IMG/VR virus record: IMGVR_UViG_2713896909_000012
DNA length: 5,152 nt
Reading direction: 5' to 3' (one strand)
Source of the DNA: a virus
Taxonomy: Duplodnaviria; Heunggongvirae; Uroviricota; Caudoviricetes
The notes beneath the pieces were generated by a model. The model did not search any database, was not told the DNA's origin, and saw only the letters and a program-made list of their open reading frames with translations. Position numbers and translations under genes: made by a program. Shown in pieces: positions 1 through 5,122 of the stretch (position 1 is the stretch's first letter; every line of letters begins with the position of its first letter).

Positions 1-116
1 TCAAGATGGCGCTGGCAGGCCTGAATCACAAACTGGCAGGCCACAATCTTTCCGCGCACGACATCACGGGCATACTGATTGGCAGCATTTACGTTGGGGT
101 AAGATTTCCGGCTCAT
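1..116 (-). CDS. Terminase large subunit, N-terminal fragment (continues beyond window start)
   Basis: Not in the ORF track because it is truncated. The minus-strand frame starting at ATG 116..114 stays open to position 1 (about 38 codons, [38 protein letters not shown]). The ATG overlaps the terS stop in an ATGA arrangement, as expected for translationally coupled terS-terL. Position directly downstream of terS fits terL. Confidence 0.6.
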
Positions 117-607
117 GACTCGATGATTTTCAGAAACGGGTTAGTGGCTTTCTTCTGCCCCGCCAGGCCAATCAGACGCTGGCGGCTGCTGGGGTCGAGT
201 CCGAGCATTGCCCCCGTGCTGCTCATCTCGGACTCCTGTTCTTTCTTGGCGGTCAGCTCCGGGTTTTTGACCCTGCCGCCCATTGCACCGGTAATGGTGT
301 TGCCCTGGCTGGCAATATTTTTCACGGCACGTCGCCAGAACTCATAGGCCACGCACCACCGCTCAAGCACCGCGAAGTCAGTCACGCACAGCAGGCCCTG
401 ACCGCAGAGTTCTTTGGTTGTCAGTTGCCACATGATCGTGGCGAGAGGGAGATCTTCTTCAGCGAACCACTCCGGTGGCTCAACACCTTTGATGGGCGTA
501 AAAACAGGTTCATCTTTATTCAGGGCTCGCTTGCCGGGGTTTCCGGCCAGCGCCTTGCGCGCCGTTGGCTTGGGGCGACGCCCGGAACGCCCCGCCGTTC
601 CAGCCAT
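113..607 (-). CDS. Phage terminase small subunit (P27 / Terminase_4-like)
   Basis: The N-terminus [34 protein letters not shown] matches the remembered P27-family signature (GRPPKPT..K.L.GNPGKR.LN). The track starts at a GTG (616); I prefer the in-frame ATG at 607..605, which has an AGGAG Shine-Dalgarno 8 nt upstream. Sits between the HNH gene and terL. Confidence 0.8.
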
Positions 608-616
608 ATGCGGCAC

Positions 617-732
617 TCCTGGTTAAATTTCATTTTTCGCGGGTATAAAAAAACGATGGGGCGGGCAGTCCGGAAGACGTCAGGTCACAGAGATTTGACC
701 CGCCCCTCCCCTCAGACAGTTGAGAATCATTA
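617..732. other. Putative cos / packaging-recognition region (intergenic HNH-terS)
   Basis: 116 bp non-coding gap between the HNH stop (733) and the terS start. In HK97-like phages the cos site lies at this position. Contains a G-rich core (minus strand GAGGGGAGGGGCGGG), an A7/T7 tract at 647-653 and a GC-rich inverted repeat. Exact cut site cannot be determined from sequence. Confidence 0.35.
658..706. repeat. Inverted repeat GGGGCGGG (658-665) / CCCGCCCC (699-706), 33-nt spacer
   Basis: Perfect 8-bp GC-only inverted repeat read directly from the sequence, inside the putative cos region. Could be a terminase or IHF-type recognition element, or a stem structure. Confidence 0.5.
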
Positions 733-1083
733 TCACTTAAGCCGTTCACGGGCCGTCTTCGCCTTATGACACGGCCAGCACAGACTCTGCAGATTACAGT
801 CGGCATCAGTGCCGCCATGCGCTTTAGGGATGATGTGGTCAACAGTTTTCGCCTCGCGCACTACACCGGCACGCAAACACAACTGACACAGGCCTTTGTC
901 ACGCTTCAGCACGCGCGCGCGGATAACGTCCCACTTCGGACCATAACCGCGCTGATGACGGGATTGTCCTGGCTTGTATTGCTTCCAGCCTTCGCTTTTG
1001 TGGCTTTCGCAATAGCCTGACGGATCAGTAGTAGTATGGCGGCAACCGCGAACGCGGCAGGCTTTTGGGGTTCGTGGTGGCAT
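733..1083 (-). CDS. HNH endonuclease (packaging-associated)
   Basis: 116 aa with the canonical HNH core CQLC...DHIIPKAHGG...N...CWPCH (two Cys pairs, His-Asn-His). Lies immediately upstream of cos and terS, the arrangement in which HNH proteins assist terminase in HK97-like phages. Weak Shine-Dalgarno. Confidence 0.85.
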   Translation of the reverse strand: MPPRTPKACRVRGCRHTTTDPSGYCESHKSEGWKQYKPGQSRHQRGYGPKWDVIRARVLKRDKGLCQLCLRAGVVREAKTVDHIIPKAHGGTDADCNLQSLCWPCHKAKTARERLK

Positions 1084-1109
1084 TGGACACTATCGTTGCT
1101 TATGTTTAT

Positions 1110-1134
1110 AAAAAAAGCCCTGCTTACGCAGGGC
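1110..1134 (-). terminator. Rho-independent terminator (minus strand) closing the AT-rich island
   Basis: Perfect 7-bp stem GCCCTGC (1117-1123) / GCAGGGC (1128-1134) with a 4-nt loop. On the minus strand it is followed by T7 (plus-strand A7 at 1110-1116). Lies 29 nt downstream of the 76-aa gene stop and just upstream of the HNH start. Confidence 0.6.
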
Positions 1135-1162
1135 ATAAAAACTCAATATTGATACTATGAAT

Positions 1163-1393
1163 CTATTCCAAATCCCAACGTGGAATATTTATTATCTTAC
1201 CAGGAGTTAAGGAAAATTTGGCTTTCTTCAATATCTCAACATTAGCATCATCAGGAATCACTAAGAAGTACGAATAGTGCATTTCTCCAGAATTCCCATG
1301 ATTCTCCTGAATATCATCTTCGCTAACTCCCGACGCTTCAAGCTCATCAACTGTGAGTCCTAAATAATCAGCTAGCTTTTGTATATCAATCAT
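1163..1393 (-). CDS. Hypothetical small acidic protein (76 aa), possible N-terminal helix-turn-helix
   Basis: Strong Shine-Dalgarno GAGGTGA 7 nt upstream of ATG 1393. The N-terminus MIDIQKLADYLGLTVDELEASG resembles a MerR/Xis/XRE-type HTH helix-turn-helix (LA..LG.T...L...G). An intact ORF in AT-rich DNA argues for real coding. Function unknown. Confidence 0.55.
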   Translation of the reverse strand: MIDIQKLADYLGLTVDELEASGVSEDDIQENHGNSGEMHYSYFLVIPDDANVEILKKAKFSLTPGKIINIPRWDLE

Positions 1394-1692
1394 TAATCAC
1401 CTCACATATCAACGATGAGGCATCATCATCACACACTCTAGCAAAAGCTTCAACTTATTGTTATTATTAAAATAATTCTATACAAATTACATCTAATGTA
1501 TATCCTATGACACGACAGGTGCGAATATTAATGACAAACAACCATCGTATTTCTCTGAAAAATGGCAAGTATCACTCATTATTCCCCATGCATCTATGTA
1601 CTCTGTTCATGGTCAAGCCATAACTATATTTAATGCAAGAATACGGAAAGTTAAACAAATAAACGTTGATACACTAACATTCCACAAACTAG

Positions 1693-1986
1693 TTATACTA
1701 ATGAAGTAGGCAATTCTTCCTCTGAAATTCCCAATACTCTCATATCGGCCCGCAATTCTGCTATAGCGCACACTTCACTATAAGATGGTGCGGACTTCTC
1801 AGGATAAAGTACATACTCAAAATGCGGCGGAGGATTGAATATTAAAACCGAATACCCAGCTTCTTGAAGGATATTTTGGACGATTGAATAATAAGGTCTA
1901 CGCTCATCAAACCAATAACATCCATTCCTTTCTATTGACGCGATTGCTTTTTTTGCGTGCTTCTTATAAACCCATGCCTTATCCAT
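1693..1986 (-). CDS. Hypothetical protein (97 aa), function unknown
   Basis: A 97-codon open frame is unlikely by chance in AT-rich sequence. An AGGGAG motif lies about 15 nt upstream of the ATG, which is long spacing. No signal peptide, transmembrane segment or motif I recognise. Confidence 0.5.
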   Translation of the reverse strand: MDKAWVYKKHAKKAIASIERNGCYWFDERRPYYSIVQNILQEAGYSVLIFNPPPHFEYVLYPEKSAPSYSEVCAIAELRADMRVLGISEEELPTSLV

Positions 1987-2004
1987 ATCCTGTCAAAAAT
2001 CTCC

Positions 2005-2034
2005 CTACGTAATTGAACAATAACACTACGTAGT
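2005..2034. promoter_or_regulatory. Operator-like pair of TACGTA palindromes in the 5' leader of the 97-aa gene
   Basis: CTACGTA at 2005-2011 and the 10-bp perfect palindrome ACTACGTAGT at 2025-2034, centres 21 bp apart (two helical turns). Lies between a candidate -10 TATAAT (minus strand, 2118..2113) and the ATG at 1986. Confidence 0.25.
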
Positions 2035-2134
2035 AGTCATACACCAGAATATCTAACATATCAATCCAGCAACATTTAATTATTTTAACTTAATCTGAAA
2101 AAGTCTTCAGTGATTATAATTTCACACCTATATA

Positions 2135-2425
2135 TCAATTCAGTAACTTTTCAGAGCCTGTGGCCAGTCTTTGGACACGCTGTTGTTGGACAATAGCTCG
2201 AATATGAGACTTGTCCGTATTACATTGCCCTAATGCAGATAACAAGCTCGCATTTAAGTTGAGACTTGCACCATACGTCAGAGGGTCTGGTATGAGCGGT
2301 ATAGGTGTTTCAGAAATCAAACTAGTTGGTAGTGGTGTAACCGGAGTGCTCACGTAAACTGTCCGCGTACTTCCGCAACCGGTCAGCAGCGGCAGCAGGC
2401 ACAGCACGTGAAGCGCAATCATCAT
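2135..2425 (-). CDS. o-spanin (Rz1-like outer-membrane lipoprotein)
   Basis: Starts at the internal Met-Met of the 152-aa track ORF, in the +1 frame of Rz. Signal peptide MMIALHVLCLLPLLTGC with lipobox LTGC, followed by a proline-rich segment (TPVTPLPTSLISETPIPLIPDP). Extends 187 nt past the Rz stop. Confidence 0.7.
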   Translation of the reverse strand: MMIALHVLCLLPLLTGCGSTRTVYVSTPVTPLPTSLISETPIPLIPDPLTYGASLNLNASLLSALGQCNTDKSHIRAIVQQQRVQRLATGSEKLLN

Positions 2426-2702
2426 TCTCAACAGCCACTTTGATATCTTCCTGGGTTCTCTGTGACTCCAGTGCGATCTGCTGTTTTGCATGCTGGTTAG
2501 CCTCCAGAACTGTATTGACGATTTGTAGTGATTGCAGGACGTTATTGGTAATGGCTGTTGCTGATTCAGCATTTCGTACAGCCTCATCAGCACGTTTCTT
2601 TTCGTGCTGATATTTGCTGTAGTAGTGGTTGGTAGACCAGATGAAAGAACCGATGACAGTAAAGAAGAATGCAGAGATAGCCAGCTTATAGCTCAACTTC
2701 AT
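2322..2702 (-). CDS. i-spanin (Rz-like inner-membrane protein)
   Basis: N-terminal transmembrane segment (LAISAFFFTVIGSFIW) followed by a charged, coiled-coil-like periplasmic domain. Start overlaps the endolysin stop by 17 nt and the Rz1 start is embedded out of frame, as is typical for spanin pairs. Confidence 0.75.
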   Translation of the reverse strand: MKLSYKLAISAFFFTVIGSFIWSTNHYYSKYQHEKKRADEAVRNAESATAITNNVLQSLQIVNTVLEANQHAKQQIALESQRTQEDIKVAVENDDCASRAVPAAAADRLRKYADSLREHSGYTTTN

Positions 2703-3162
2703 TTACCACCCCACCAGCCTCTTTAAACCGGGAAATCAGGTCACCGATTTTATGTTCATACTGACCGTAACCTGCACCAGGTAACGACGCCCAAATATTG
2801 CTGCAACGATCGATAGCCTGACGAATATCGCCGCGATCAATCATCGGTAAAGCGCCACGCTCTTTAATCTGCTGTAATGCAACAGCATCCTGGCTTTTAG
2901 GAGAGAAGTCTGTCAGCCCTAACTGCTTGCGGTAAGCATCCCACCAGCGCGAAAGAAGTTGATAACGGCCTGCAGCTGTTGATTTGAGTTTCGGGTTTAG
3001 CGTGACAAGCTTGCGAGGGTGATCGGAGTAATCAGTGAAGAGTTCTCCACCGACAATAACATCATAACCGTGGTTACGTGTCGGTTGTCGCCCGTTATCC
3101 GTTCCTTCTGACCATGCCACCATATCGAGGAAAGCTTTACGCTGGGAATTTAGTACCTGCAT
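2686..3162 (-). CDS. R: Endolysin, lambda R-like lytic transglycosylase
   Basis: 158 aa, near-identical over long stretches to lambda R as I remember it (NQRKAFLDM.AWSEGTDNGRQ.TRNHGYDVIVGGELFTDYSDHPRKLVTLNPKLKS...RYQLLSRWWDAYRKQLGL). AAGGAG Shine-Dalgarno 6-7 nt upstream, overlapping the holin stop. Confidence 0.9.
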   Translation of the reverse strand: MQVLNSQRKAFLDMVAWSEGTDNGRQPTRNHGYDVIVGGELFTDYSDHPRKLVTLNPKLKSTAAGRYQLLSRWWDAYRKQLGLTDFSPKSQDAVALQQIKERGALPMIDRGDIRQAIDRCSNIWASLPGAGYGQYEHKIGDLISRFKEAGGVVNEVEL

Positions 3163-3165
3163 AAA

Positions 3166-3501
3166 TTACTCCTTAGAGCCACCAAACTTATTACCGATTA
3201 CTCTCATTGCAGCCCCACGAATAGCATCGACCCCGATCAGCCCAACGCCGCCACCAATGGCAACAGAAAGAGATTTAGGCCATCCGACATACTCAAGAGC
3301 GGATGCAAAAGTCAGCGTCAGAGCACCACAGAGCAAAATCTCGAGCGTTTTTCGTTTCCAGCCACCACCACCGCCAAAATAGGCAATGCGCAAGCCAGCC
3401 ATAACGATCGACATAATCACTGCGCCCAGCGGCGTATCTCCACGCCACCAGCTCTGGAACAACTCCAGCCAGTCCGGCCAGGTATTTGGGTTATGAGGCA
3501 T
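3166..3501 (-). CDS. Holin (class I-like, three predicted transmembrane segments)
   Basis: Directly upstream of the endolysin. Three hydrophobic segments (PLGAVIMSIVMAGLRIAYF, LEILLCGALTLTFASALEYVGW, LSVAIGGGVGLIGVDAI) and a charged C-terminus. I place the start at ATG 3501 (GAGGTGAGAG Shine-Dalgarno upstream) and not at the track start 3597, because the extension would span the terminator at 3549-3570 and overlap the methyltransferase gene. Confidence 0.7.
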   Translation of the reverse strand: MPHNPNTWPDWLELFQSWWRGDTPLGAVIMSIVMAGLRIAYFGGGGGWKRKTLEILLCGALTLTFASALEYVGWPKSLSVAIGGGVGLIGVDAIRGAAMRVIGNKFGGSKE

Positions 3502-3548
3502 TTCGTCATCTCTCACCTCGCGATATTTGCGGGTGCTGTGTTGGAAAT

Positions 3549-3570
3549 AAAAAGGCCACGCAACGTGGCC
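3549..3570 (-). terminator. Rho-independent terminator (minus strand) after the methyltransferase gene
   Basis: Perfect 7-bp stem GGCCACG (3554-3560) / CGTGGCC (3564-3570) with a 3-nt loop. On the minus strand it is followed by TTTTTATTT. Begins 8 nt after the methyltransferase stop. Confidence 0.6.
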
Positions 3571-3577
3571 ACCAGAA

Positions 3578-4630
3578 TTATTTCCCCACCAGTTCACTTA
3601 CCTCTTTCACCGTCTGATTAAACCGCTCTGACTCAAGTTCAACACCTAACGCCCGACGCCCCAGCGCCATTGCCGCTTTTATTGTGGAACCGGATCCCAT
3701 AAAGAAATCAGCAACCAGATCGCCTGGTCGACTACTGGCACTGATTATTTGCCGGAGCATATCCGCAGGCTTCTCACACGGATGTTTACCCGGGTAGAAC
3801 TGAACGGGTTTATGCGTCCAGACGTCGGTATAAGGCACGGAAACTGATACGGAGAAATAGCGCCGGAGAGTTTTAAACTCATCCAGCAATTCAGAATATT
3901 TGCGATTCAGTGAATCATAAGATGCCACCAGCTGGTGGTGTGGTTGTTCCAGTTGTTGTTCCTGAAACTTCTCTGCCGCTATACGGGAAAACAGTGCCTG
4001 CAACTTCCGGTAGTCAGCCTCATTCGGTAACTGCCACTGACTGGCACCAAACCAGTGGGAAACCATATTTTTCTTACCAGTGGCTTCGGCAATCTGTTTT
4101 GCCGTTATACCCAGTTCGGCACGAGCATCCCTGAAATACGAAATCAGCGGTGCCATTATGTGCTGTTTGAGTTGACTTTCTTTTGCCGCATAGCCGTCAC
4201 TTTTGCCGCGATATGGTCCCTGGTAATGTTCAGCAAACAGAACGCGTTCTGTTGCGGGAAAATATGCGCGCAGACTTTCTTTATTACACCCGTTCCATCG
4301 TCCGGACGGCTTCGCCCAGATAATATGGTTAAGAACGTTGAAACGTTCACGCATCATGATCTCGATATCAGATGCGAGGCGATGTCCACAGAACAGGTAA
4401 AGGCTTCCGGCAGGTTTCAGCACCCGCCAGAACTGGGCCAGACAGTGGTCCAGCCACTTCAGGTAATCTTCGTCCCCTTTCCACTGATTGTCCCAACCGT
4501 TGGGTTTCACCTTGAAGTACGGCGGATCGGTAACAATCAGGTCAATGGAATCATCAGGCAGGGACTGAATAAAATACAGGCAATCAGCGTTGATTAAATC
4601 AACACTGTTTATTTTTACAGTATTTTTCAT
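3578..4630 (-). CDS. DNA methyltransferase (amino-MTase, N6-adenine or N4-cytosine; DPPY N-terminal, FxGxG C-terminal)
   Basis: 350 aa. Catalytic motif IV DPPY (IDLIVTDPPYF) lies near the N-terminus and AdoMet motif I FFMGSGST near the C-terminus, the beta-class order. No restriction endonuclease gene is present in the window. Weak Shine-Dalgarno. Confidence 0.85.
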   Translation of the reverse strand: MKNTVKINSVDLINADCLYFIQSLPDDSIDLIVTDPPYFKVKPNGWDNQWKGDEDYLKWLDHCLAQFWRVLKPAGSLYLFCGHRLASDIEIMMRERFNVLNHIIWAKPSGRWNGCNKESLRAYFPATERVLFAEHYQGPYRGKSDGYAAKESQLKQHIMAPLISYFRDARAELGITAKQIAEATGKKNMVSHWFGASQWQLPNEADYRKLQALFSRIAAEKFQEQQLEQPHHQLVASYDSLNRKYSELLDEFKTLRRYFSVSVSVPYTDVWTHKPVQFYPGKHPCEKPADMLRQIISASSRPGDLVADFFMGSGSTIKAAMALGRRALGVELESERFNQTVKEVSELVGK

Positions 4631-4779
4631 GGATCAGTAAGCGTAACTCTGGTAGGCTCACTCTGCTTTTGCGCTAAAGCAGTGGGCCGTGGTTCGCTTG
4701 TGACCAGTAAGCATGAGCGAATGGCTGGCAGGTGCTACCAACACCCACCAGCCGCCCATTTTCACAAATTAAAAGTCCT

Positions 4780-4974
4780 TCATTGCTGAAGGCGTCTGTA
4801 ACAGCCGAACTGGTAATCTGCCAGCCCCGCCATAACCAACTGGGTCAGTATTAACTGACAGCGTTCGCGTGAAAGATATGTGTTTTGTGCAATCTCCCCG
4901 GCCGTTGTCGGTTCGATGCTTAATTCATTAAAAACAACTTTCGCCGTTTCTGTCATATCTTGCTGTTTTAGCAT
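4780..4974 (-). CDS. Small protein (64-72 aa), possible winged-helix (FaeA/PapI-like) DNA-binding protein
   Basis: The segment TTAGEIAQNTYLSRERCQLILTQLVMAGL resembles the recognition helix of FaeA/PapI-type small regulators. The track ORF starts at 4998; I prefer the in-frame ATG at 4974, which has AGAAGGA 8 nt upstream. The family assignment is from memory and weak. Confidence 0.45.
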   Translation of the reverse strand: MLKQQDMTETAKVVFNELSIEPTTAGEIAQNTYLSRERCQLILTQLVMAGLADYQFGCYRRLQQ

Positions 4975-5093
4975 GTCTTTTTTCCTTCTGGTTAACATGA
5001 CATACCAATAACTCTTGTCTAAAAAGCCAGCAAGATAAAAAGTCAGTATTCACGATCACCAGCGTGTTTACCGTACTGCCAACATCAAGGCAC

Positions 5094-5122
5094 AAAAAAA
5101 CCCGCTCAGCGGCGCTGAGGGA
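5094..5122 (-). terminator. Rho-independent terminator (minus strand), possibly the late-leader terminator (tR'-like)
   Basis: Stem CTCAGC (5105-5110) / GCTGAG (5114-5119) with a GGC loop and one extra flanking C-G pair across a mismatch. On the minus strand it is followed by CGGG then T7 (plus-strand A7 at 5094-5100). It lies upstream of the first gene in this late-strand cluster. Confidence 0.45.

Larger units (their letters stand above)
1140..2134. other. AT-rich accessory island (moron) between lysis cassette and packaging module
   Basis: Abrupt fall in GC content compared with both flanks (for example only 12 G/C in the 60 nt at 1441-1500). Carries two small ORFs, long ORF-free spacers and its own terminator. 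Indicates horizontal acquisition. Confidence 0.6.

Noticed and set aside
6-347. Plus-strand 113-aa ORF
   Set aside because: Antisense to the well-supported terminase small subunit gene, with no Shine-Dalgarno or recognisable motif. A shadow ORF in GC-rich coding DNA.
414-769. Plus-strand ORFs 414-626 (70 aa) and 425-769 (114 aa)
   Set aside because: They overlap terS, the putative cos region and the HNH 3' end on the opposite strand. Arg/Gly/Pro-rich low-complexity translation typical of antisense frames.
630-842. Minus-strand 70-aa ORF
   Set aside because: Alternate frame spanning the HNH 3' end and the cos gap. It would start inside HNH coding sequence and has no independent support.
766-1136. 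ORFs 766-1020 (+, 84 aa) and 906-1136 (-, 76 aa)
   Set aside because: Both lie inside or antisense to the HNH gene. The minus-strand one would begin inside the terminator hairpin at 1117-1134.
1507-1623. Plus-strand 38-aa ORF in the island spacer
   Set aside because: No Shine-Dalgarno, not hydrophobic (so not a type I toxin-like peptide), opposite strand to all other genes. Noted only inside the spacer finding.
1693-1986. Bor-like lipoprotein (same 97-aa length, similar genomic position)
   Set aside because: No signal peptide or lipobox and no sequence resemblance to Bor. The length match is coincidental.
2091-2110. Weak hairpin CTGAA...TTCAG just after the Rz1 stop
   Set aside because: 5-bp AT-rich stem with no following T-tract on either strand, so not a credible intrinsic terminator.
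2426-2593. N-terminal 56 codons of the 152-aa track ORF (2135-2593)
   Set aside because: This stretch is the +1 frame of Rz. The real product is the lipoprotein beginning at the internal Met-Met (2425), immediately followed by a signal peptide and lipobox.
3502-3597. N-terminal extension of the holin ORF
   Set aside because: It would overlap the methyltransferase gene and contain a strong terminator hairpin. The downstream ATG has a much better Shine-Dalgarno.
3910-4597. ORFs 3910-4134 (+), 4055-4597 (+) and 4156-4350 (-)
   Set aside because: All lie within the methyltransferase gene in antisense or alternate frames, and the methyltransferase frame carries the diagnostic DPPY and FxGxG motifs.
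4685-4712. GGTTCG motif suggesting a tRNA T-arm
   Set aside because: The flanking sequence cannot form a T-stem or acceptor stem, and no cloverleaf can be drawn. Lambdoid phages sometimes carry tRNAs at this position, but this is not one.
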